Shown one piece after another: positions 9,383 through 19,200 of a DNA stretch of 38,488 nt. Under the pieces are notes generated by a model that made no database searches, was not told where the DNA came from, and worked only from the letters and a program-made list of their open reading frames with translations. The translations under genes and the position numbers were made by a program. The DNA lies in IMG/VR virus record IMGVR_UViG_3300032218_002011, positions 1-38,488 of that record; one strand, given 5' to 3'. Source of the DNA: a virus. Lineage: Duplodnaviria > Caudoviricetes. Position 1 is the stretch's first letter; each line of letters starts with the position of its first letter.

Positions 9383-12300
9383 TAGTTAAATTTATTTTTA
9401 CCGTTAAAAGTTTTAACATCCGTATTAGAGTTACCATTCTTATACAGATTTTGTATATAAGTTGATTGGACAGTAGTTCCGCTAGTATAGTCACTAAATG
9501 TGAACTTTCTAGTTTTACCCAAAACAAACGGATTCCAAGGTTTATATGTTTTATTGTACTCAGATTCTAATGAATTGTCTCCACCTGAAACAGTTTTTTG
9601 CTCATCATCATATTCTTTCTTATATGAAACTCTTCTACCTGTATCAAATGCGGTTTCAAATAAATTCATCACAGTCGCATTACCCATTACCGAAGCAATA
9701 CTTGTAGGTACTACATTATCTTTAAAGGTTTTAAACGTATTATCATTTAATATAACTTTACTCATCACCGTATAAAATCTATGTTCCGCTTTATCACATT
9801 CAGGGCAAGAAGGAATTGGTCCAATTGCGGTTCCTGAAAGTTTAATGTTGTCAGGGTCAAACGTTCCTCCAATAAATCCTTTATCCTTGAATAGGTTGTA
9901 ATAAGAGTATAACTTAGTTGTACCAGAACTGTAGTCATTAACTAATTCCTCGTAAGTGTCAGCCTCAATGGCCCCTGATTGGACTTCCGTTGTCGCAGTT
10001 AAATTGTATATTTTTGCCGTTTGGTCGGATTTTATATATCCATCAGTTTTAGTATCAACAATATCTATTTTTCTTAAGATTCTAACTAAATTAACTTGTG
10101 ATTGGGTTAATTCCTGATTTACTTGACTTAAACTTGTTGCAATATCGGATTGAACTTTTTTAACTTCATTAACTAAATTTAATTTAACTTGGTTTATTGT
10201 TGTAGAAGGAATATTAGATAGATATAATAATCGAATAAAGGTAAATCCTTCATCGGTATCACTTTTAACTCTATTAATATCATTAATTAATAAATCAAAT
10301 AATTTTGTAACTTGAGTGTCTGTTGTACTTGGTTTACCATAAATTTTTAAATCGGTAGGTGTTACAAATTCTCTTGTTTTCCCTGATTCAAAATTCCTAT
10401 CACTAACAAATAAGTTATAGATTGGTAAATTATAATCTTTAACAATTTGTTTTGTCTTACCATACATAATATCAATATACGATTGTCCTTCAGTTAGTAG
10501 AGCATCCATTATTTTTTGAAATGAGGTAGACCCACTAGTTCCAATATCATCTGTAATCTTATCGGCAATAACCCCTATAGTATCACCACCTTCATTTTGA
10601 AGGTTATTTTTAACATCATTAACTCCAACAACAGGTGATTGGTCTAAAATTGCTTTAACCAAATCAGCATCGATTTTCTTAAATGAGTCATCAGTCCATT
10701 CCGCCCTTTCATCATACATTTCAGTGTTACCGTAGAAATTGAATGATAAGGCGTTTTGTAATTTATCAATCGGTTCTTTAAGTCCTTGACCCCCGACAAA
10801 GTGGAAACCCATAGAAATGTTAGCAATCATAGGTTGAACCCCGATACCTTCAGGATTCAAATCAAATACTAACGGTTCATAAGTTATGTTCAAAGATGTA
10901 GGGATAATTTTAGTATTATAAAAATCTCCTATTCTTAATACTAATACAGGGGGTGCCCCAAAGCTAGTATTAACGGAACTATTATATTTGGCTTTGCCAT
11001 CTACCCCAATTGTTGGTATTGTATCTCCAGGTCTTGTACATTGTTGCAAGAATGTAAGTCTTGAGTTCAACCCTTCAGGAGTGATTGAGTGGAATGATGG
11101 TGAGAAATATTTAATTTTCTCTCTCATAGAATCATAGAACATCGGGTTTTGTTCTTGAACTAATGTGAAATAATCACATTCAGATAAAATTGACCTTAAT
11201 ATTTTTTTACTAATCCCTTCTTTAATTTTTTGAGTTGTAGTTATTTTTGGAGGTGTTAAAGTTCCTCCTGTAAACCCTGGAGGGGTTTCAGTTGTATTAT
11301 TATTTAATTGTGTGGTGTCTCCTCCCGTATTTTTAGAAGGTTCAGGTTTTTTAGCATTAATCTTAGTTATCGAAACTCTTCTACATGCCATAGCGTTTGG
11401 TGAATATATTTTATTATATTCTGTTTTGTTTGTATCATCATCGGTACAATTAAACGGTCCACCAATATTACCACCACCAACAGTTTTAGGTGATACGGTT
11501 GCTTGTTCACCTAAAGAACCCCCATCGGATATTTTAAGAAGTCCTTTAGTGATATAATTTTTAAACGCTCCATTATTAACAGTATTAAAATAGTTTTTAA
11601 CACAATCTATCCTTCTTTTAGATAAATTAACATTATAAGCCTTAGTGTTTGGCGCAGAAGCACTACCTACAATTACAAACTCTAAGGACGGTTGACTATC
11701 TTGTCCATCAACAGGTTTGAACGTGTTAAAATAATTTTCAATTTCTTTAACTAAATTTGTATTAATTTCGTTATAGTTTCCGATAACAACACTATCAAAG
11801 AATTTTTGTACCGCTAATTTTTTATTAGCATCTCCCGCAGAAGATTGATAAGTACCTTGTAGTCCTATATATCGACTATATTCCGATTGGAAAGTTTTTC
11901 CATTAGCGCTTGTATCCCAACTATGTGGTGTAGGGTAATCATTATCATAATAAAATCCTAAATTTTCAAACTTAGTAAAATCGGGTATTTGAACGTCGTT
12001 TGTTTTAGTATCGGTAACTATTGTTGTTGCGGGTAATTCAGATTTTACATCTTCAACCGCATCTTTTGTAATTGCAGGATTTGTAATAATTTGTTGTAAT
12101 TCAAATAACTGACTTGGATTAAAGGTATTCCATCTTCTCGCAAGTTCATATAAATCATATTTCAAACATCCCGCAAAAAACGAATCAGTAATTGCATTAA
12201 TTGTTTGTGGGTCGGCGTTCTTAAGTTCTTTATCAACGATAAGATTTAACACAGACGGATGGTCAACAACTATTTTCCAACTTAATTGCCCGTCTCGTTT

Positions 12301-14709
12301 TGTATTCATGTATGTGTATATCGGTTCAGGTCTACCTAAGAAACTATTATCTTGGAAACTTGGAGTAACCGTCTCACTGAATTTAATATCGTATGGTGGA
12401 AACCACATAACACGTCCCCCATTTGGTCCTCTCTCACATACGGGTAAGTCATTATATGTTAATCCCGGCCTATTAGAAGTTCTCCAAGCCAAGTTCTCAA
12501 TCGAGAACATATATTTTTTAACTCTGTCGTCAACAATGTTAGTCGAACCAGGATTTCTGTATGGAGCAATATTCAAATTAAACGTACTATCTAAAACAGA
12601 ATACGTGAATTTTCTATGATTACCTTCAGTTTTTTGTAAATCGGCAAATGTGTAGTATGGAGTATCTTTAGTGAATACTCTACAATAAACATTATCTGTT
12701 TCGTGAATACCTTTTTTAGGGTTAGTATATGAAAGTACTTGAGAACCTTTTGTAATTTCCTTATATCCATCATTAAAAACCTTACTTAATTGATTAATTG
12801 CGTTTCCAACATGAGATAATCTTTTACTACCATCAGGTGTTGAGTCAATCAACCTTTGAGTTTGGTCTAATATAGAACTTTGTTTAAACTCGTATGTTTG
12901 AGAATTAACAGAATCTAATTGGGATTTAACTAAATTAAATTCATTATCTTCAGGTCCTTGGTCCCCTCCAACTTTTGCTTTAAATCCAGGATTATTATAC
13001 TTTGGAGATGTCCAAACCAATCCACCTGATAGTCCTCCACCATCGTTTAAAGAATTACCATTTAAACCAAATTTAAAATTTAAATTATTTTCAAATTCGT
13101 TAGCCAATTTATCAGGACCATAAACAGGAGTTTGAGTTTCCTGTCCAAACGGGTCTAACGGTATTTCCCCCGCAGGTGAGTCGATTCTTGAGGCGTCTAA
13201 AACTTTACTACCAACATAATACCCTCCTTTTGTCGGGTTATCTAAAACATCATTAATTATTTTCTTAGCACCGTCAAGTAATTCACCTAAAATACCTTTA
13301 TTATAATCAGGTGCATATCTATTGAACTTTAAACTTGAATATAATTGGGATTTCTGACCTCCACCTGTATTATCTAAAAATAATTGGGATGGGGATTTTT
13401 GTGATAAAAATCTACCAAATACCTTACCTAAAAACCCTCCTCTTGGGTCTTTACCTCCATTAAACGCTGAGGCAATTTGACCAAAAGAACTTAAATTATG
13501 TTCATCGGTTGTGAAATAATCACCCGGTATTTCAGACCCAGGAAAATTAAACCCTCCTAATCTTGCGGCAAAATCCGCGGCTCTAAACACAATGTTTCCG
13601 GGCCTTGTGATAGTCCAATCTCTTTCAATAATTGGGGCTTTACCTTGTAATATTCTAAGAGCATAAACAGGGTCACTAACGGCATTTAATAAATTAACTC
13701 TACCTATAGTATTTCTTGCCAACTCTCTACCAATTCTGTCTTGGAAATTTTGTTTTAATGTTTGGGCTCCAAACTGTGCAATATATGAGTCTTGAGATAA
13801 ACTACCATTATCACCTGTTGGGTCATTTTGTAATAGTATTTGATACGGAGTATATGATGACGGTAAAAATGACACCGCTCCAGGATTCGCATAAACCGTA
13901 AAAATTGGGTTTAATTGTTTATAATCTATTGATGTTAGATTAATTATACCGTTCGAATATCTATTATATGTTGGTATTTCTTGTTCAGGAATACCTTGAT
14001 TATACGCTGGCCACCCTTGCCCTGTTAAACTTTGTTGAGGTAAAGACGCAGACATAACACCATACTGTGAGAATGTCGGTACCGATAGTAAATTACCAAT
14101 CGATGTTAGTTGTACAAAACTATAACCATATTTGTTAAGAGATGGAATATTTTGTTCGGCAGTTTGTAATGATTGTGCAGGCCACCCAATACCCGTTAAA
14201 CTTTGTAAAGGTAGAGTTGCGGACATCACATCGTATTGAGTAAATGTTGGTACTGATAATAAATTACCTATTAATGCAAGTTGGACTGAATTATAACCAT
14301 ACTTGTTAAGTGATGGGATATTTTGTTCAGCCGTCTGAATTGACTGAGCAGGCCATCCAATACCCGTTAAACTTTGCTGGGGTAACGATGTGTCCATAAC
14401 ATCATAAATCCCTGAATTAGCAGTTACTGTTTGTGGTTGAGATATTAAAACTCCACTACCAAATCCTCCTATAGGCCCATATTCATTTAAATTATATAAT
14501 CCGTGATATTGTGGACCTAAATTTTTTGGTGGGTGTTCTATTAACTCTCCCGGCGAATCATAAACCCCTTCATCTCTAATAACAATTTCACGAACAATAG
14601 TCCCTGAAGGTGGGGTATAACTACCCGGCACCGTATATGGTGATAAGTTTCTTAATAGTAACTTATTTCTAAAACCTTGTGTAGATGGGAATGTTAAAGT
14701 ACTTGGCAT
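9382..14709 (-). CDS. Large baseplate/tube-initiator-like protein with an internal OmpA-like domain
   Basis: 1775 aa. Two tube-initiator-like segments (FPPYDIKFSE..FLGRPEPIYTY; PPVLVLRIGDFYNTKII..LNITY) flank an OmpA-C-like motif set (IVGSAS....YNVNLSKRRIDCV...CRRVSI). It follows the tape measure gene. Confidence 0.6.
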   Translation of the reverse strand: MPSTLTFPSTQGFRNKLLLRNLSPYTVPGSYTPPSGTIVREIVIRDEGVYDSPGELIEHPPKNLGPQYHGLYNLNEYGPIGGFGSGVLISQPQTVTANSGIYDVMDTSLPQQSLTGIGWPAQSIQTAEQNIPSLNKYGYNSVQLALIGNLLSVPTFTQYDVMSATLPLQSLTGIGWPAQSLQTAEQNIPSLNKYGYSFVQLTSIGNLLSVPTFSQYGVMSASLPQQSLTGQGWPAYNQGIPEQEIPTYNRYSNGIINLTSIDYKQLNPIFTVYANPGAVSFLPSSYTPYQILLQNDPTGDNGSLSQDSYIAQFGAQTLKQNFQDRIGRELARNTIGRVNLLNAVSDPVYALRILQGKAPIIERDWTITRPGNIVFRAADFAARLGGFNFPGSEIPGDYFTTDEHNLSSFGQIASAFNGGKDPRGGFLGKVFGRFLSQKSPSQLFLDNTGGGQKSQLYSSLKFNRYAPDYNKGILGELLDGAKKIINDVLDNPTKGGYYVGSKVLDASRIDSPAGEIPLDPFGQETQTPVYGPDKLANEFENNLNFKFGLNGNSLNDGGGLSGGLVWTSPKYNNPGFKAKVGGDQGPEDNEFNLVKSQLDSVNSQTYEFKQSSILDQTQRLIDSTPDGSKRLSHVGNAINQLSKVFNDGYKEITKGSQVLSYTNPKKGIHETDNVYCRVFTKDTPYYTFADLQKTEGNHRKFTYSVLDSTFNLNIAPYRNPGSTNIVDDRVKKYMFSIENLAWRTSNRPGLTYNDLPVCERGPNGGRVMWFPPYDIKFSETVTPSFQDNSFLGRPEPIYTYMNTKRDGQLSWKIVVDHPSVLNLIVDKELKNADPQTINAITDSFFAGCLKYDLYELARRWNTFNPSQLFELQQIITNPAITKDAVEDVKSELPATTIVTDTKTNDVQIPDFTKFENLGFYYDNDYPTPHSWDTSANGKTFQSEYSRYIGLQGTYQSSAGDANKKLAVQKFFDSVVIGNYNEINTNLVKEIENYFNTFKPVDGQDSQPSLEFVIVGSASAPNTKAYNVNLSKRRIDCVKNYFNTVNNGAFKNYITKGLLKISDGGSLGEQATVSPKTVGGGNIGGPFNCTDDDTNKTEYNKIYSPNAMACRRVSITKINAKKPEPSKNTGGDTTQLNNNTTETPPGFTGGTLTPPKITTTQKIKEGISKKILRSILSECDYFTLVQEQNPMFYDSMREKIKYFSPSFHSITPEGLNSRLTFLQQCTRPGDTIPTIGVDGKAKYNSSVNTSFGAPPVLVLRIGDFYNTKIIPTSLNITYEPLVFDLNPEGIGVQPMIANISMGFHFVGGQGLKEPIDKLQNALSFNFYGNTEMYDERAEWTDDSFKKIDADLVKAILDQSPVVGVNDVKNNLQNEGGDTIGVIADKITDDIGTSGSTSFQKIMDALLTEGQSYIDIMYGKTKQIVKDYNLPIYNLFVSDRNFESGKTREFVTPTDLKIYGKPSTTDTQVTKLFDLLINDINRVKSDTDEGFTFIRLLYLSNIPSTTINQVKLNLVNEVKKVQSDIATSLSQVNQELTQSQVNLVRILRKIDIVDTKTDGYIKSDQTAKIYNLTATTEVQSGAIEADTYEELVNDYSSGTTKLYSYYNLFKDKGFIGGTFDPDNIKLSGTAIGPIPSCPECDKAEHRFYTVMSKVILNDNTFKTFKDNVVPTSIASVMGNATVMNLFETAFDTGRRVSYKKEYDDEQKTVSGGDNSLESEYNKTYKPWNPFVLGKTRKFTFSDYTSGTTVQSTYIQNLYKNGNSNTDVKTFNGKNKFN
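13930..14410 (-). repeat. Intragenic 171-bp (57-aa) tandem repeat, about 2.7 copies
   Basis: cc(c/t)gttaaactttg recurs at 14021, 14192 and 14363; protein unit LPxQSLTGxGWPA...EQNIPSLNKYGY. Confidence 0.92.
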
Positions 14710-14738
14710 CTTTATTTTAAGATAAATAGATTAATAGT

Positions 14739-16685
14739 TTATTTTCCACTCCCTAATCTTTTCGATTCTTCTTTATGGTCAGTTACAATCTTAGTAATTG
14801 ATTTTTGGAATTCTGCGGTTTGTAAGGCGTTTACAACTTCTTGTTTCATACTACCAGGTGTTACATTAACATTAATATTAATCGTTCCACTAATATCTTG
14901 AGTTATGGTACCTCCACCTTGTGTAGTTCCTGCTGCAGTTGCGGGTACTGTTGGGGTTTGTCCTCCTGTTGTTATTGAAGTTGTTTGATTAGGGACGACG
15001 GTTGTACTATTAGGATTAGTTAATTTATTCATCATATCCTCTAATCCTGTATATGTTTGAGTCGTAGGTGTTCCTGTAGTCCCTACATTCACTCTATTTT
15101 CTTCAAAATCTTTTTTAAGTTTTTCCCATATTTCATTACCTTTAGCAGGTGCGTCTTTAAAAATCTCCTTAACTTTACTTTCCATTGTTGTGGCAATACT
15201 TGTCATATCAATATCACCCGCCATTAACTTCTTAAATAATTCTTGTGAGTTTGAAGTGGTGCTCGACAATAAGTTTTGTAGTGTTTTATCTAACTCAACA
15301 GTACTAACAAATCCTGATTTATCACCTGTAGGTCTTGATTCACGATTAATACCTATTTGAGTAGATACCGCGTCAACACCCGCACCATACAATGAAGATG
15401 CTTGTTTTTGAACACCTTCAAGAGTTGTAGACGCCGCAATTTTTCTACCAACAACACCTTGTCTTGCGGTGGCCATATTAGCCATAGTTCTTAAATACCC
15501 ATTAGCCTCCTTCTGTAAGTCAACCGCACTTTTAGCAGGTTTATTCATTTCTGCAATATCTTCAGGTTTTATTTCTGAAATTTGTTTTGTTACCTTTTCA
15601 CCTGTTTTTGAATCGTCATACTGTACGACATATGTCCCTCCACTAAGTTGGGCCATATTCGCAACCATTTTCTTATCTTCTTCATTTGCGAATGACGAAG
15701 GGAATTTTATTTGAGATAATTTTCTATCTAAATCTCCAGCATTTAACGCCATTTTTGCAAGTTCTTCCTTAGGAATATCCATCGCCTTTGCTAACTCTCT
15801 TAATTGACCTTGAGCACCGGGTAGTATTGACATTTTTTGATTTTTTTCATCAAAATAAGTTAAGGATTTAGTCGCTTTAAGAATTTCGTCTTGTAATTTG
15901 GCGGGGTCATTTCTTGCCATATCCATTAACTTATATGGGTCTAAAAGACTTGTTACTTGTACCCCTAACCTTTGCATACTTGCCGCCATATCCATCGCCT
16001 TTTCAGGTTCAAATAATGAATCCGCAAGTCCTAAAGTTGTTTTCATATCAATTCTAAGTCCCGCAGCTTGGGCAGCCATTTTAGCCATTCCCTGAACTCC
16101 GTTCTCAAAATTATACAACGCCAATTTACTCATATTAGCATCTAACTGAGCGTAAACCGCCTTTGCGGTAACACCAACTTCTCGAGCGGTGTTTAAAACC
16201 TTAGTCATTTCACCACTAATGTTATATAAACCGTACCCCGCATCTGTAAATGATTTAACTAATTTTGCGGTTGAGTCCGCACTTGTTTTTGTACCGTCAC
16301 TAATTAAACCACCAATCGCAAATAAATCTTTATATGATTCTGCCTGTAATACGGTTTGAGTTTGAAGCCCGTCAACAACGCCTTTTTGAATGTTTCTAAT
16401 ATCCTCAAATGACGCACCTAATTCATGTGCACTAATATACGCTTCCTCAATACTTTGTTTGATTGAAGTTGCCATATCTCTACCTCCACCGAATTTGGTA
16501 GACATTTCAATGGCGGCAGTTTCCATTTGATTGAAAGAATCACTGAACGAACTTAATAACCCAGTAGTATTTGACTCAATAATTTTCTTAATGTCCGTAA
16601 GTTGACCTAAAGTAGTCTTTAAGTCAAATTGTTCAATAGGAGATTGAGCCTTATCATCAGTTTTTTTATCCTCAAATAACATCAT
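14739..16685 (-). CDS. Tape measure protein-like
   Basis: 648 aa, Ala/Met/Lys/Gln-rich and helical-looking, with a Thr-rich C-terminus; canonical position between chaperone and baseplate genes. Confidence 0.65.
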   Translation of the reverse strand: MMLFEDKKTDDKAQSPIEQFDLKTTLGQLTDIKKIIESNTTGLLSSFSDSFNQMETAAIEMSTKFGGGRDMATSIKQSIEEAYISAHELGASFEDIRNIQKGVVDGLQTQTVLQAESYKDLFAIGGLISDGTKTSADSTAKLVKSFTDAGYGLYNISGEMTKVLNTAREVGVTAKAVYAQLDANMSKLALYNFENGVQGMAKMAAQAAGLRIDMKTTLGLADSLFEPEKAMDMAASMQRLGVQVTSLLDPYKLMDMARNDPAKLQDEILKATKSLTYFDEKNQKMSILPGAQGQLRELAKAMDIPKEELAKMALNAGDLDRKLSQIKFPSSFANEEDKKMVANMAQLSGGTYVVQYDDSKTGEKVTKQISEIKPEDIAEMNKPAKSAVDLQKEANGYLRTMANMATARQGVVGRKIAASTTLEGVQKQASSLYGAGVDAVSTQIGINRESRPTGDKSGFVSTVELDKTLQNLLSSTTSNSQELFKKLMAGDIDMTSIATTMESKVKEIFKDAPAKGNEIWEKLKKDFEENRVNVGTTGTPTTQTYTGLEDMMNKLTNPNSTTVVPNQTTSITTGGQTPTVPATAAGTTQGGGTITQDISGTININVNVTPGSMKQEVVNALQTAEFQKSITKIVTDHKEESKRLGSGK

Positions 16686-16712
16686 TATTAGTTTTTAATT
16701 ATAAATAGTTGA

Positions 16713-16877
16713 TTAACTATTTTCTGAAGGAGAATTTTCTTTAACAAACTCATTAATTATATACCGTCTTAAATAGACAGGCATATTGAGAAAGTCTAAA
16801 AACGATACGTTTAGATGTTTTGTACAAATATAATATTCCCAAGATTGGGCTTCTCGATAATTAGAAGAAAGGCCGAA
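16713..16877 (-). CDS. gp51/T-like chaperone extension, probably expressed by +1 frameshift (alternative TTG start at 16892)
   Basis: Not in the ORF track. The +1 frame reads FGLSSNYREAQSWEYYICTKHLNVSFLDFLNMPVYLRRYIINEFVKENSPSENS*; FLNMPVYLRRY resembles small gp51/T-domain proteins. It fills the gap before the tape measure gene. Confidence 0.72.
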   Translation of the reverse strand, partial: FGLSSNYREAQSWEYYICTKHLNVSFLDFLNMPVYLRRYIINEFVKENSPSENS

Positions 16878-17613
16878 AAAACTCCACCCCAAAGGCTATA
16901 TTCACATATACCTCTTTTCCTGATGGGGCGATAATTTTTTTGTTTAGGTCTAAACTAGGTTCATTTTCATCCACAAATCTTCTAATATATTTAGCATCTG
17001 CGATTGGTAGAGATTCCATACTTTGAGTTATAAATGAAATATCGGAGTTACCATTAATTTCTTTAACCATTTTTGTTAACTTCCAAGTTTGTTTTGGGGC
17101 AACTCGTCCGGCAGGATAAGCCTCAGCCATTTTGTCTAACTCATCTAATTCTCCAAAAGATAATGGTTTAAGTTTAACAGATAATCCTGATTTAGGAAGA
17201 ACTGTTGTAAAAGTCCCATCTTCATTAGGTTTAACTTCAGTTTGTTTGATAAACAATTCTTCTAAAGATATTGTAGTATCGAATTTTTTACCTGTTTCAG
17301 GGTCTTCTAAAGTAAAATTATATTCAGGTCCAAATGCAGTGTTTCTTAAAAAAATTAAGATTGCTTGAATGTCACCTTGTAATAATTCCGAAGGTTTTAA
17401 ATCGGGTTCAAATATTTTACTACGAAGTAGTGTCATAATTAAACCTTCTTTGTTAGAGTCTCCAGCCATAAGTAGATTTTCATCTGACGCGGTAAGATAT
17501 CCAACTTTTATACTTTTTTTTCTTGATTTATAAAACATTCCACCTGTTGGTAGTGTTACGACATCGTGAGGTAAGTTTAAACCTTGTTGTCCATATTGTT
17601 GTGATGTATCCAT
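16861..17613 (-). CDS. Baseplate hub assembly/tail assembly chaperone (gp26-like)
   Basis: VTLPTGG..Y...YLTASDENLL, LL.GD..AILIFLR...FGPEY, second LPKSG repeat, ends FGVEFFRPFF; between tube and tape measure genes. Confidence 0.72.
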   Translation of the reverse strand: MDTSQQYGQQGLNLPHDVVTLPTGGMFYKSRKKSIKVGYLTASDENLLMAGDSNKEGLIMTLLRSKIFEPDLKPSELLQGDIQAILIFLRNTAFGPEYNFTLEDPETGKKFDTTISLEELFIKQTEVKPNEDGTFTTVLPKSGLSVKLKPLSFGELDELDKMAEAYPAGRVAPKQTWKLTKMVKEINGNSDISFITQSMESLPIADAKYIRRFVDENEPSLDLNKKIIAPSGKEVYVNIAFGVEFFRPFF

Positions 17614-17615
17614 AT

Positions 17616-17658
17616 AAAAAAATTAACCGTAGAGAGTTTATAGTGTCCCTACGGTTAA
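17616..17658 (-). terminator. Intrinsic terminator-like hairpin after the tail tube gene
   Basis: Minus strand TTAACCGTAGGGA-loop-TCTCTACGGTTAA followed by T7. Confidence 0.65.
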
Positions 17659-17704
17659 ATATAAATCTAAACGTTTTTTTATCAATAGTTATTAATATTG
17701 TATC

Positions 17705-18193
17705 TTAGTAAACTAAAATACATCTATCCATACGAAGTGATGCGGTAATACCAACTAACCCGTCTTGAGCATAGTTTAATTCGCCAAAACCAACATCTGT
17801 TAGGAAAGTTCCTTCTAATATCCACTTTTCAACCACAACCCCAGTTGGGTCTAATAATTCAAGGTCAATGTTTTTCTTGTACCCTGCAGCGTATCCCATA
17901 CGACCTGTAACTGATTCCGCGTGTAAACGAACCCACTCCATAAGAGCTTGTGCCGCTGACGGTCCAATTGGGTCTCTGAATTTAACCGAGATTGGGTCCC
18001 AAGTAAATCTACCTGCAACATAAGTTTCTGTATTCAAAAACGGGATTGGAACAGAGTTAATTTTTATATGGGGTCTCGATGTTGATTCAACAAACCATTC
18101 GTTAATACCTAATGTAGATGGAAACCTAAGAATGAATCGGTTCATTCTCTTTGGCTCATACGGTATAGGCATTTTCATTAATAAATCAGCCAT
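17705..18193 (-). CDS. gp19: Tail tube protein (gp19-like)
   Basis: 162 aa: EPKRMNRF, YVAGRFTWDPISVKFRDPI, WV....TG.MGYA..YKK...LELLDPTG.VVEKW.LEG.F. Confidence 0.9.
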   Translation of the reverse strand: MADLLMKMPIPYEPKRMNRFILRFPSTLGINEWFVESTSRPHIKINSVPIPFLNTETYVAGRFTWDPISVKFRDPIGPSAAQALMEWVRLHAESVTGRMGYAAGYKKNIDLELLDPTGVVVEKWILEGTFLTDVGFGELNYAQDGLVGITASLRMDRCILVY

Positions 18194-18330
18194 AATATTT
18201 TAATTTTTTTGTTTTTTTTGTTTTATTACTTATAAATAGTCCGAAGTTCAAAACTTTTTGTATTTACTTTATTTTTTTAAAATTTATTCTTCTACTAGAA
18301 CTTACTTATATTATTTATTACTAGTTTTAT

Positions 18331-19146
18331 TTAATATTTTACTTTTTTTCCTCCTGATGTTAAATATGGTTGAATTATATTATCTGGTTTTTCTCCAAAA
18401 TGTTTCTTAATTGCCTCCACATTTTTTAGGTCGTCATCTGAAAACCCAATCGTTGGTACAAAATTATTCGTCACTTTATTTTTAAGGAACGCTTTTTTGT
18501 TTAATTTGGACGAAAGGTCTTTAACATAACTCACAAATTCCTCCAAAGCTTTAACTTTTAATTCTTCAGGATTTGCTTCCGCACCTGTCCCAAACGACAC
18601 AGGATAAAATCGACACAAATCTAAATAACTTCTAATAAGTTCCATATCCGATAATTCTTCTTCGTCAGTAAAATGTCTGTATTTTTTTAAATTTTTAATT
18701 AACTCATTTTTGTCGATTCCGTTGAACCCTGATATAATATAATTATAAACTCCTTCTTTTAAAGTCTTTGGGTTATGTCCTCTCGCAGTTATTATCGAAA
18801 AAATCGAACCGTTGTTAATACATTCCACAAAATCATCCCAAGCAGGTCCTGACTTTGCTAACATTGCGTCAACTAAAAACGCTTTATCACCCTCAGTTCT
18901 AAAGTTTCTAAAAGGGTCTTCATCAAAACCTACGATAGTTTCACCTTTATAGTCAAACTCTTCTTTACCAATTTTACTTCTATAAGTTGCAAAATCTTCA
19001 GTAGTCATCCCAACTGATTTCCCGTCACTATTTTTGACCATAATTCGAGTTGGCATCGTCGCAATATTATCATCCCAATCGAATGCGTAATATTTTAAAT
19101 CGGGGGTTCCCTCTTCCGTAAATCCTTCTTTAATTCTTCTTTTCAT
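18331..19146 (-). CDS. HAD-superfamily phosphatase
   Basis: Motif I YAFDWDDNI, motif II IITARG, motif III K, motif IV IGFSDDD..N. Confidence 0.75.
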   Translation of the reverse strand: MKRRIKEGFTEEGTPDLKYYAFDWDDNIATMPTRIMVKNSDGKSVGMTTEDFATYRSKIGKEEFDYKGETIVGFDEDPFRNFRTEGDKAFLVDAMLAKSGPAWDDFVECINNGSIFSIITARGHNPKTLKEGVYNYIISGFNGIDKNELIKNLKKYRHFTDEEELSDMELIRSYLDLCRFYPVSFGTGAEANPEELKVKALEEFVSYVKDLSSKLNKKAFLKNKVTNNFVPTIGFSDDDLKNVEAIKKHFGEKPDNIIQPYLTSGGKKVKY

Positions 19147-19162
19147 ATTTTATTTAAAGGCT

Positions 19163-19188
19163 AAGGATGGGGAATAAACCCCACCCTT
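19163..19188 (-). terminator. GC-rich hairpin after the sheath gene (terminator or processing site)
   Basis: Minus strand AAGGGTGGGG-TTTATT-CCCCATCCTT; the U tract is weak. Confidence 0.55.
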
Positions 19189-19200
19189 TTATTATAATTA

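Noticed and set aside
18194-18330. tRNA or ncRNA in the largest intergenic gap
   Set aside because: AT-rich with no cloverleaf or stable stem; only a TATTTAT motif is supportable. No tRNA was recognised anywhere in the window.
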